Assembly (NCBI GenBank): GCA_038062115.1
Contig: JBBTXS010000009.1
Coordinates: 27,681-91,680 of the forward strand
Direction of reading: 5' to 3'
DNA: 64,000 bases
DNA from: Patescibacteria group bacterium
GTDB taxonomy: Bacteria > Patescibacteriota > Microgenomatia > Levybacterales > UBA12049
Shown here: positions 8,546 through 17,056 of the stretch, in pieces
How the letters are laid out: each line of letters begins with the position of its first letter
Numbering within the stretch: the first letter of the stretch is position 1
The notes under the pieces: generated by a model
What the model saw: the letters and a program-made list of their open reading frames with translations, nothing else
What the model was told of the DNA's origin: nothing
Database searches by the model: none
Translations under genes and position numbers: made by a program

Positions 8546-9661
8546 ATGTCTTTAAAAGAACACCCAATTATTATTTTTTTAGATAGAAACGGCTTCATTA
8601 TATACCAAGATACGCTGTCTAATGTTTGGCAATTTCCTTTCTCGCAAGAGCAAGTTCAAAATTTGGATGTAATTAATAAAGAACAGCTTATAAATTTAAT
8701 TGGATCGTTTATTCAAACGAATAAGGTAATTCCAAGTAGCCTTATTATTGTTTTGTCGGATTCGGTTATCTTTCAAAAGGACTTAATTTCTCTCGAAAAA
8801 AATCCAGAATCTAAACAAGAAAGCGGTGAGTCTCAGGTTGATTTCGGTAATAAAGAACAGCAAGAAAAGGAAATTAAAAATTTTTTGGATAATGTGCCTT
8901 TTGAAGAAATTCTTGCAAAAGTAATTAATAATACAAGAATAGTTGCAGCAAATAAAGATTTGCTTGAAGCAATAGTATATCCATTTAAAAAAATGGGGTG
9001 TATTGTTGATGCAATTGTTCCGGGCTTTGTCTACCAGCAATATATCGACTTTTCCGGAGGATTAAGCCAAGATGTCGCAAGAATAGTTTTGCAACAAACA
9101 GATTTACTAAAACTTAGCAACATGTTGACTGATCAACAAGCAATGGAAACTCAACAAGATTCTAACGATCAACCTCAAAGCGTGCCAGAAGAAAAACCCA
9201 GCAATCTTAGACCATATATATTAATAGGTATATTTGTTATTCTGCTTATTTTTTTAGTACTAATGTATCTGAATTCAGACAACACGTCCCAAACGCCCCC
9301 ACATAGCGTTCCAAGTCCAACTGCTGCCTCACGTGAGCCAACAGGAAGCAAAGAAGTACCTATGTCTCCTTCGATAATTGACTTAGAAACTATAAAAATA
9401 ACAATTGTTAGCAATAAAGAAACAGAAATTCTTGCTAACGCTTTAAAAAACCTCTTAACCCAATCAGGATTTCTAAATGTTGCTACAATTGATTCAACAA
9501 ATCCAATTCCCGCAAAGTCGTCTTTGTTATTTGCAAAATCTATTCCAGATGAGACCCGCCAAAAAGTAATTGAAGAAATTAAAAAAATATTTCCTGATAT
9601 TTTAGTCCAAGAAAGTCAAGAGACCGATTTAACAATTGCTATAATTATAGGTAAATCTTAA
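8546..9661 (+). CDS. Bitopic membrane protein of the pilus operon (function unknown; possible assembly component)
   Basis: ATG 8546 preceded by GGAGGG. One TM (ILIGIFVILLIFLVLMYL), an acidic/Pro-rich linker, and a C-terminal region resembling LytR_C-type domains (weak). Confidence 0.45.
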   Translation: MSLKEHPIIIFLDRNGFIIYQDTLSNVWQFPFSQEQVQNLDVINKEQLINLIGSFIQTNKVIPSSLIIVLSDSVIFQKDLISLEKNPESKQESGESQVDFGNKEQQEKEIKNFLDNVPFEEILAKVINNTRIVAANKDLLEAIVYPFKKMGCIVDAIVPGFVYQQYIDFSGGLSQDVARIVLQQTDLLKLSNMLTDQQAMETQQDSNDQPQSVPEEKPSNLRPYILIGIFVILLIFLVLMYLNSDNTSQTPPHSVPSPTAASREPTGSKEVPMSPSIIDLETIKITIVSNKETEILANALKNLLTQSGFLNVATIDSTNPIPAKSSLLFAKSIPDETRQKVIEEIKKIFPDILVQESQETDLTIAIIIGKS

Positions 9662-9756
9662 TGGTATTAAGACTATTTTTTCTATTTAGCCTCAAGTTTC
9701 CCTATTGACAAAAAGATTTCTATATGTCTTAATTAATTTATATTTAAGATTTTACA

Positions 9757-10233
9757 ATGAAATCATCAAGAATTTTTATTAAAAATAGCAAAAAAGGTTT
9801 TACATTAATAGAACTTTTAGTTGTCATAGGAATACTTGCAGTCCTCCTTGCCATTACTCTTATAGCAATTAACCCAGCACGACAATTCTCCCAAGCAAAC
9901 AATACAAAAAGAAGAAGCGATGTTAATGCAGTACTTAATGCTATTAATCAGTATATGGCAGATAATAAAGGTACGCCTCCAGCAGGAATTACTGCTACTG
10001 CAACAGAAATTAGTAATACAGGAGCAAATCTTTGCGGATCACTTATTACTAAATATCTTGCCGCTCTTCCTCGTGATCCTAAAGTACTCAATGGAACTCA
10101 AGTCAGCCCTCCTTGCCCTGCAACTTATAATATAGGATATAACGTTTCACAAGGTGCAGCCGACAACAGGATTAAAGTTGAAACAATCGGAGCCAACGAA
10201 GAACTGGGTGAGCACATCGAGGTTAGCCGCTAG
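9757..10233 (+). CDS. Type IV major pilin candidate, copy 1
   Basis: MKSSRIFIKNSKKG|FTLIELLVVIGILAVLLAI class III signal. TTGACA hexamer at 9705-9710. Confidence 0.85.
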   Translation: MKSSRIFIKNSKKGFTLIELLVVIGILAVLLAITLIAINPARQFSQANNTKRRSDVNAVLNAINQYMADNKGTPPAGITATATEISNTGANLCGSLITKYLAALPRDPKVLNGTQVSPPCPATYNIGYNVSQGAADNRIKVETIGANEELGEHIEVSR

Positions 10234-10329
10234 TGCTAAAATAATTTTGGTATATTTTGATATTATTTTGATATATTGACAAAGACAAAAATGTATGTTT
10301 ACACTTAAGGTATATTGAATTTATTTAAT

Positions 10330-10803
10330 ATGAAAACAATTATAAATCCTAGTAGTTCCCGAAAAGGTTTTACACTAATTGAGTTATTAGTGGTCATAGG
10401 TGTTTTGGCAGTCCTCCTTGCCATTACTCTTATAGCAATTAACCCAGCACGACAATTCTCCCAAGCAAACAATACAAAAAGAAGAAGCGATGTTAATGCA
10501 GTACTTAATGCTATTAATCAGTATATGGCAGATAATAAAGGTACGCCTCCAGCAGGAATTACTGCTACTGCAACAGAAATTAGTAATACAGGAGCAAATC
10601 TTTGCGGATCACTTATTACTAAATATCTTGCCGCTCTTCCTCGTGATCCTAAAGTACTCAATGGAACTCAAGTCAGCCCTCCTTGCCCTGCAACTTATAA
10701 TATAGGATATAACGTTTCACAAGGTGCAGCCGACAACAGGATTAAAGTTGAAACAATCGGAGCCAACGAAGAACTGGGTGAGCACATCGAGGTTAGCCGC
10801 TAA
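10330..10803 (+). CDS. Type IV major pilin candidate, copy 2
   Basis: MKTIINPSSSRKG|FTLIELLVVIGVLAVLLAI. Bases 10408-10802 are identical to 9838-10232. TTGACA at 10276-10281. Confidence 0.85.
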   Translation: MKTIINPSSSRKGFTLIELLVVIGVLAVLLAITLIAINPARQFSQANNTKRRSDVNAVLNAINQYMADNKGTPPAGITATATEISNTGANLCGSLITKYLAALPRDPKVLNGTQVSPPCPATYNIGYNVSQGAADNRIKVETIGANEELGEHIEVSR

Positions 10804-10865
10804 AATATTCTTCTATCCCCGAGCTTGCAATTTTATAGTCAAATTAATACACTAAGATTAAGATT

Positions 10866-11198
10866 ATGATAAGTTTGTATTTAAGACTTCCTTTAATTTT
10901 TCTTAATTTTTGGTTTTTAGAGGCTCCACGTGGGCTTATTGGTTTCTTTGGTTCCCTAAATAAAACGTTTCTTCAATTGTTTTCGCTACCTCTTCTAGTA
11001 ATGACCTATTTTAAACCCTGGAAAAGCGAGTATAGGGAAGGTTTAGTTGGATTCTCGATTGGCATGGGAATATTTATCAAAACTATTGTTATAATTGCTG
11101 ACATTGTTCTATTGTTATTTCTCTTGTCGTTTGAATTAGCTTTTATAGTGGCATTTGTTTTCTGGCCAATAGGAACAATATTGTTATTAACGATTTGA
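10866..11198 (+). CDS. Small polytopic membrane protein, unknown function
   Basis: 110-aa hydrophobic ORF immediately upstream of the Clp-like ATPase. Confidence 0.5.
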   Translation: MISLYLRLPLIFLNFWFLEAPRGLIGFFGSLNKTFLQLFSLPLLVMTYFKPWKSEYREGLVGFSIGMGIFIKTIVIIADIVLLLFLLSFELAFIVAFVFWPIGTILLLTI

Positions 11199-11280
11199 AT
11201 TCTTGAAATTGGAGGTTAGAAGTTCTTGATCTTGATTTTTTGATTCCTTGATGTCTTGAATTCAAGATGTCAAATGTTCA

Positions 11281-13674
11281 ATGTCAAAGGCGTCAAAACC
11301 ATCTAACTTCAAGAAATCTATGACTGAGTACGCTAAAATTTATTATTTCTATCAAATATTAACAATCAAAGCGTTAAGGGTTTTATTGCTGGTTCTATTA
11401 GCATGGTTAGTAATCATTACGCGTTCCCAGATTCCAATATTTATTCTTTCTCTTTTTTTAATGTTGGAGGTTTTCTTCCATTTTAAAATTGCAAGACTTA
11501 CCCCACCCCTTTCTGTTCTACAGAATGATGGTAAAAATATTTATGACTCTTTTACTTTGGAAGCCCTAAGTATTTTTGTATCATCGGCAAATATCAATCA
11601 TTTAATCAAAACCCTTATTCGTAAAAAAGAAATCCAGTTTATTTTGCAGAAAGGAGATTTTACAGAAAAAGAAATTTCTCTACTTGATAATGTATCTACC
11701 GAAGAACTCGCAAGCCAAGCTCTCAGCCTTGCAAAGAACGCAAAAGGCAAGGCAGTTACAACTGCGGATTTGTTTGCGGCATATATTTTGTTTACCGAAG
11801 ATCAAACCAAACTTTTGTTTAACAAAAATCTTAAAAAAGAAGAATTTATGCAAATTCTATATTGGGCACGCGCTACTTTTACTAGCGAGGAAAATAAAAA
11901 ACCTTATAGAGTGAGTTTTTGGGGTGAAGGGATTGGCGAGCAATGGGTTTTTGGTTGGACGATTGAGACAAAAAAATACATGTTGGATCTAACGCCCAAA
12001 GTATTACAAGAAAAACCAATGCTTATTGGAAGAGAGAACGAATACAGACAAACCCTTGATGCCATCTATAAAAATAAAAGTGTTATTTTGGTTGGAGAAC
12101 CTGGCAGTGGAAAAGCCTCGCTTGCTGAAACCTTAGCTTTCGAAAGTTTCGTAGGGCAAATAGAAGGCAACCTTTCGCATCAAAGATTTTATCAGCTTTT
12201 GGTAGACCGTCTTTTGGCAGGATCTTCTGATCAGGGACAATTAGAAAAACGGCTAGATAGTGTTATTGCAGAGATTGCTCACTCTGGTAATTTAATTATT
12301 TTTATTCCAGACATTGAAAATATTTTAGGCGCCTCTACTTTTAATCTTAATTTATCTGGTGTACTTATTCCGTATTTGGAACGCGGTATTATCCGAATAA
12401 TTGGGACGTCTACTCCTGGTGCCTACAAAAGATTTATAGAGCCAATGCGTAGTCTTGTTGATGTTTTTGGAGTAGTAAAATTTGAAGACCCAGACAAAGA
12501 TACCGCACTTCAAATGCTTTTTGATAAAGCGCCTGATATTGAAAAAAGAAGTAATGTCGCTCTAACTTATAAAGCTATTGTTGCAGCTTTTAATTATGCG
12601 GATAAATATCTACAGGGTAGAGTAATGCCAGGCGCTGGAGTAACGCTTCTTGAAGACACTGTTAGCATGGTGAAAATTCAGCGGAAAAATATTGTTGAAG
12701 AGCAAGACGTAATTGAAAAAGTGGAGAGTAAAACAAAAATTGCCATTGGCGTGCCCCAAGCAAAAGAGAAAGAATTGTTACTCCATCTTGAAGATGAGAT
12801 CCATAAACGAATTATTGACCAAGAAGAAGCAGCCTTAGCAATCTCTGAGGGCTTGCGACGAATAAGGGCAGGGCTGCAGTCATCTATAAAACCCATTTCA
12901 TTTTTATTTTTAGGGCCAACAGGGGTTGGTAAAACAGAAACTGCTAAAGCTCTTGCCTATTTATATTTTGGCGGTGAAGACAGAATGATTAAAGTTGATA
13001 TGAGTGAGTACTCAACAAATGAAGGGGTAAAGCGTCTTTTGGGTGGCTTGCCAGACGAAGAAGGACTTACAGATAAAGTTTATGAACACCCTTTCTCATT
13101 GATACTTCTTGATGAATTCGAAAAAGCTGTGCCTTTGATTCACGATTTATTTTTGCAGGTTTTAGATGATGGAAGGCTGACTGATAATAAAGGAAGAACT
13201 GTTTCTTTTGTTAATACAATTATTATTGCCACCTCTAATGCTGCGTCAGAATTTATTAGAGAAGAGATTAGGAAAGGAAAAGTAATAGATAAAAAATTTC
13301 AAGCGGATTTACTTGAGTTTTTACAGACAAACAACATCTTTAAACCCGAACTTTTAAACAGATTTGATGAGATTGTTGTCTTTAAGCCTCTTGGTAGGAA
13401 CGAAATAGTTAAGATTGTACAATTAATGCTTAAGGAACTTTCTAATAAGCTTCTAGAAAAAGATATAACTGTTAGTTTTGATGATAAATTAATTGCAAAG
13501 ATTGTAAAAGAAGGAGTTAATGAGGAATTTGGCGCCCGCCCTCTTCGCCGGTTTATTCAAGATAACATAGAAGATTTAATAGCAAAGAAAATGTTACAAG
13601 ATGAGATAAAACGAGGAAACAAAATCTTATTTTCCACAGACAATGCTAATACCATCACAATAACTGTTTCTTAA
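11281..13674 (+). CDS. Clp/Hsp100-family double-AAA+ ATPase with N-terminal transmembrane segments
   Basis: Two hydrophobic helices at the N-terminus and Clp_N-like repeats. D1 carries GEPGSGKAS / IIFIPDIEN. D2 carries canonical GPTGVGKTE / LILLDEFEKA and the ClpB_D2-small region (ARPLRRFIQ). Confidence 0.8.
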   Translation: MSKASKPSNFKKSMTEYAKIYYFYQILTIKALRVLLLVLLAWLVIITRSQIPIFILSLFLMLEVFFHFKIARLTPPLSVLQNDGKNIYDSFTLEALSIFVSSANINHLIKTLIRKKEIQFILQKGDFTEKEISLLDNVSTEELASQALSLAKNAKGKAVTTADLFAAYILFTEDQTKLLFNKNLKKEEFMQILYWARATFTSEENKKPYRVSFWGEGIGEQWVFGWTIETKKYMLDLTPKVLQEKPMLIGRENEYRQTLDAIYKNKSVILVGEPGSGKASLAETLAFESFVGQIEGNLSHQRFYQLLVDRLLAGSSDQGQLEKRLDSVIAEIAHSGNLIIFIPDIENILGASTFNLNLSGVLIPYLERGIIRIIGTSTPGAYKRFIEPMRSLVDVFGVVKFEDPDKDTALQMLFDKAPDIEKRSNVALTYKAIVAAFNYADKYLQGRVMPGAGVTLLEDTVSMVKIQRKNIVEEQDVIEKVESKTKIAIGVPQAKEKELLLHLEDEIHKRIIDQEEAALAISEGLRRIRAGLQSSIKPISFLFLGPTGVGKTETAKALAYLYFGGEDRMIKVDMSEYSTNEGVKRLLGGLPDEEGLTDKVYEHPFSLILLDEFEKAVPLIHDLFLQVLDDGRLTDNKGRTVSFVNTIIIATSNAASEFIREEIRKGKVIDKKFQADLLEFLQTNNIFKPELLNRFDEIVVFKPLGRNEIVKIVQLMLKELSNKLLEKDITVSFDDKLIAKIVKEGVNEEFGARPLRRFIQDNIEDLIAKKMLQDEIKRGNKILFSTDNANTITITVS

Positions 13675-13716
13675 TTTCCTCTTGCTATTTAAAATATTAG
13701 GGCTTATCATAAATAT

Positions 13717-14211
13717 ATGAGCGAAAAGATGACTGGACACTTGCTCCTTTTTGTTGGGCTTGCCATAATGGTTATTTGTGTTGTAAATATGTTTCTGGTT
13801 TTTACTAACAAAGTAAAACCATTCTCTGTTTTTAATATCTCATCAAATAGTTCCAACGGTTCTTTAAATATTAGTGATATTATTTCGGAGCTTAAAAAAA
13901 ATAGTCCTAATGCTCTTAATCCGGCTACGCTACCAAAACTAGACATTCTTTCCCCAGAAGTTTTAAATCAAACATTAAACTTGTCTAGCCACTTTTTTCT
14001 TATGAGTTTTATATTGGGTTTTGGTTATAAGCTGGCAACATTAGGAACTCAACTTATTCGCACAATTAATGTAAAGCTTAAGTCTCATTTGCTTGAGGTA
14101 ATAAATAACGGCGCTCAGGCTAAGCCTGAACAATCAGAACCCCAATCAACACCTCCCGAACCCGTACAACCGGGAGAACCAGTGCAACCCATACAGACTA
14201 TACAGATTTAA
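13717..14211 (+). CDS. Hypothetical membrane protein
   Basis: 164-aa ORF with an N-terminal TM, a second hydrophobic segment and a Pro-rich tail (PEPVQPGEPVQP). Confidence 0.5.
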   Translation: MSEKMTGHLLLFVGLAIMVICVVNMFLVFTNKVKPFSVFNISSNSSNGSLNISDIISELKKNSPNALNPATLPKLDILSPEVLNQTLNLSSHFFLMSFILGFGYKLATLGTQLIRTINVKLKSHLLEVINNGAQAKPEQSEPQSTPPEPVQPGEPVQPIQTIQI

Positions 14212-14236
14212 GATCCTGAACCAAGTTCAGGATGAC
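14212..14236. repeat. Half-unit hairpin ATCCTGAAC-caa-GTTCAGGATGAC (subtype IV)
   Basis: Matches the left hairpin of the 43979-44034 element and ends in GATGAC. Confidence 0.6.
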
Positions 14237-14257
14237 AAAAAGAGTAAGTTTTTAGCG

Positions 14258-14286
14258 TTGAAAGTTAGAAGCTTATTTGGTATACT
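14258..14286 (+). promoter_or_regulatory. Sigma70-like promoter of nusA (TTGAAA-17-TATACT)
   Basis: Only 9 nt without an SD separate the -10 box from ATG 14296. This implies a leaderless or near-leaderless mRNA. Confidence 0.5.
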
Positions 14287-14295
14287 AGCTCTACA

Positions 14296-15384
14296 ATGCC
14301 AGCAGTACAAAGAAGCGAGTTTTTGTTAGCATTAAATCAAGTTGCCAACGAACGAGGTGTGGATATCTCTATAGTGTTAGACACAGTTAAGAATGCCATT
14401 CTTGCTGCTTATAAAAAAGATCATCCAGGAATAGATATAAAAGATTATACTACAACTCTTGATAAAAATACTGGAGAAGCAAGAATACACTACAAGAGTA
14501 AAGATGTTACGCCTCCAGGTTTTGGAAGAATTGCAGCGCAAACTGCAAGACAAGTAATTCTACAAAAAATAAGAGAGAAAGAAAAAGAAGCAATAATTGC
14601 AGATTATAAATTAAGAATAGGAACTGTAACAAATGGTATGGTTTTACGTTTCGCAGGCCCTAATGTAGTTGTTGACATTGGTAAGGCAGAGGCAATTATG
14701 CCGCCGCTTGAGCAAATTCAAAATGAAAAATACCGCTTAAACCAAAGGCTTGCTGTTTATATTGCTGAAATTAGAGAAGGACCAAAAGGGCAGGACATAA
14801 TAGTTTCAAGAGCAAGTAAAGAGTTATTAATTGGACTATTTAAAAGAGAAGTTCCAGAGGTTGCAAAGGGAAGCGTTAGTATAAAAGGTATTGCTAGAGA
14901 GGCAGGTGTCCGAAGCAAGATCGCGGTTTACTCGAATATGCAAGGTATTGATCCTGTTGGAAGCTGTGTTGGACAGAAAGGTGTAAGGGTACAGGCTGTA
15001 ATTCAGGAATTTGGCGGACTTGAAAAAATTGATATTATTCAATGGAATGAAAACCCAAAAGATTATATTGTGCAGGCCCTTTCTCCTGCTAAGAATGTTC
15101 GGGTTGAGGTTTTGGAAGAGAAAAAAGTAGCGCATGTATTTGTACCCGAACAGGAGCTATCCTTAGCAATTGGAAAAGATGGACAGAACGTTAGACTTGC
15201 ATCAAAATTAACAGGGTATAGGATCGAGATAGAAGGAGAGGAAGAGAAAAAAGAGGCTTCTGAGGTAGAAAAAATTGAAGCAAAAGAAGAGAAAACATTA
15301 AGTGAGAAACAGCCATCAGATCAGACAAGTAAACCTGTATCAAAAAGACAAGCTAAGAAAAAGAAAGAAGAAAAAACTAAATAA
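14296..15384 (+). CDS. nusA: Transcription termination/antitermination factor NusA
   Basis: N-terminal domain, S1 and two KH regions (GIDPVGSCVGQKGVRVQAV; LSLAIGKDGQNVRLASKLTG). Lys/Glu-rich tail. Confidence 0.9.
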   Translation: MPAVQRSEFLLALNQVANERGVDISIVLDTVKNAILAAYKKDHPGIDIKDYTTTLDKNTGEARIHYKSKDVTPPGFGRIAAQTARQVILQKIREKEKEAIIADYKLRIGTVTNGMVLRFAGPNVVVDIGKAEAIMPPLEQIQNEKYRLNQRLAVYIAEIREGPKGQDIIVSRASKELLIGLFKREVPEVAKGSVSIKGIAREAGVRSKIAVYSNMQGIDPVGSCVGQKGVRVQAVIQEFGGLEKIDIIQWNENPKDYIVQALSPAKNVRVEVLEEKKVAHVFVPEQELSLAIGKDGQNVRLASKLTGYRIEIEGEEEKKEASEVEKIEAKEEKTLSEKQPSDQTSKPVSKRQAKKKKEEKTK

Positions 15385-15398
15385 ATTTTTAATTTACA

Positions 15399-15489
15399 AT
15401 TTTCAATTTGAAATGAAATCTAAATTTTTAAAATTTAAATTTTTAAACATTGAAAATTCAATAAAAATTGAAAATTTAGAATTGAAAAT
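15399..15489. repeat. AT-rich array of TTGAAAAT motifs between nusA and infB
   Basis: Direct copies at 15450, 15468 and 15482, plus an inverted ATTTTCAA/TTTGAAAT pair at 15399-15414. Confidence 0.5.
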
Positions 15490-15498
15490 TATTAATGT

Positions 15499-17025
15499 AT
15501 GGTTAAGACAAATACAGACACAAAGCATTCTATACAAACATCCCATTTTTATCCTCCAGTGGTCGCAGTTTTAGGTCATGTTGATCATGGTAAAACCACT
15601 TTATTAGATGCTATTCGAAAAACCAACATTGCTGCTCACGAATTTGGCGGTATTACACAAAGGATTGGAGCATCAAGCGTAAAACATATAACCGAGGGCC
15701 AAGAGAGAAAAATTACTTTTATAGATACACCAGGCCACGTTGCTTTTATGCGTATGCGGGGACGAGGTGTACAGGCGGCAGACTTGGGCCTTTTGGTGGT
15801 ATCAACTACCGATGGAGTAATGCCTCAAACAAGAGAAAGTATAAAACTTCTTAAAGACTCTAAAATTCCTTTTATTGCTGTTATAACAAAATCAGATCTA
15901 CCAGACAAAAATCCAGAAAAGGTTAAGCAACAATTGTTAAAAGAAGAGGTAATGCTTGAGGGTTATGGCGGAGACGTTCCTGTAATTGAGGTTTCTGCGA
16001 AAGCCGCGTCTGACGCGGCGAAAGCAGACACGAATATAAAAGAGTTATTAGAGCTTATCTTGCTTGTTTTTGAACTAAAAAGAGATAATTATTCTATTTC
16101 GGAAAATAATGAGTTTAAAGCAATTGTTATCGAATCAAGACTTGATCAAAAATCGGGACCAAGAGCAACAATTGTTATTAAAAGTGGGTCGGTCTTAGTC
16201 GGGGATGATGTAAAGACAGAGTGGTCAAAAGCACGAATCAGAACTATTATAAACGATCAGGGAGAGCACCTAAATAAAGCATCTGCTGGGGAGGCTGTTG
16301 AGATTTTGGGATTTGAAACTGTTCCTTCTGTTGGAAATATTGTAACGAAACGTCATTCTGGTAATCAGGCAAAGCCTGAACATCCAGAATCTCCTGATAC
16401 GAAAGGCGATTCTGGAGTCCTCTCCGCCAGTTGGCGGGTCGTCCCCAGAATGACGGGTGCTGAAGGTTTATCGCTAGTTCTTTGTGCCGATACATTAGGT
16501 TCTCTTGAGGCAATTGTCAATGCATTGCCAAAAGACATCTCGATAGTTTTGCAAAGAACTGGTGAAGTTTCGCCTGCAGATATTTTGTTTGCTAAATCAG
16601 TTGGGGCAATTGTTATAGGATTTAATATAAAAGTAAGAAACGAGATTGTAAAGCTCGCCACCCTTGAGAAAGTACTTTTTAAGAATTACACAATAATTTA
16701 CGAGCTTATAGATGAGATAAATGACGTGTTGAAAGGAAAACAGCTAAAAGTAGAGGAAGAAATTTTTGGTAAGGCAAAAGTTTTGGCATCTTTTCCCTAT
16801 GAAAAAACAAAAGTGCTTGGGATAACAGTACTGGAAGGAAGGGTTGCTAGAGGAGATAAGGCGAGATTGACTCGAAGAGATGAGGTTATTGGAGAAAGCG
16901 TTGTTTCATCGGTTAGGGTTGGTAAAAATGCTATCTCAAAAGTCGAAAAAGGACATGAGGCAGGCATAATTCTTTCGCCTTTCCTTGACTTTGTAATAGA
17001 AGATATGTTAATATTCCATCATTAA
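15499..17025 (+). CDS. infB: Translation initiation factor IF-2 (short form, no long N-terminal region)
   Basis: G-domain GHVDHGKTTLLD, DTPGH, TKSD, SAK. C-terminal domains conserved. Carries two repeat-derived insertions. Confidence 0.9.
   Translation: MVKTNTDTKHSIQTSHFYPPVVAVLGHVDHGKTTLLDAIRKTNIAAHEFGGITQRIGASSVKHITEGQERKITFIDTPGHVAFMRMRGRGVQAADLGLLVVSTTDGVMPQTRESIKLLKDSKIPFIAVITKSDLPDKNPEKVKQQLLKEEVMLEGYGGDVPVIEVSAKAASDAAKADTNIKELLELILLVFELKRDNYSISENNEFKAIVIESRLDQKSGPRATIVIKSGSVLVGDDVKTEWSKARIRTIINDQGEHLNKASAGEAVEILGFETVPSVGNIVTKRHSGNQAKPEHPESPDTKGDSGVLSASWRVVPRMTGAEGLSLVLCADTLGSLEAIVNALPKDISIVLQRTGEVSPADILFAKSVGAIVIGFNIKVRNEIVKLATLEKVLFKNYTIIYELIDEINDVLKGKQLKVEEEIFGKAKVLASFPYEKTKVLGITVLEGRVARGDKARLTRRDEVIGESVVSSVRVGKNAISKVEKGHEAGIILSPFLDFVIEDMLIFHH
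16384..16454. repeat. Partial CCAGAATC...CCAGAATGAC element (subtype II) inside infB
   Basis: The right terminus CCCCAGAATGAC and internal CCAGAATC/GATTCTGG match 24794-24869. Translated as ...PESPDTKGDSGVLSASWRVVPRMTG.... Confidence 0.65.
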
Positions 17026-17056
17026 AGACGCATCTTTTAGTGTGTAATTTTGCTAT

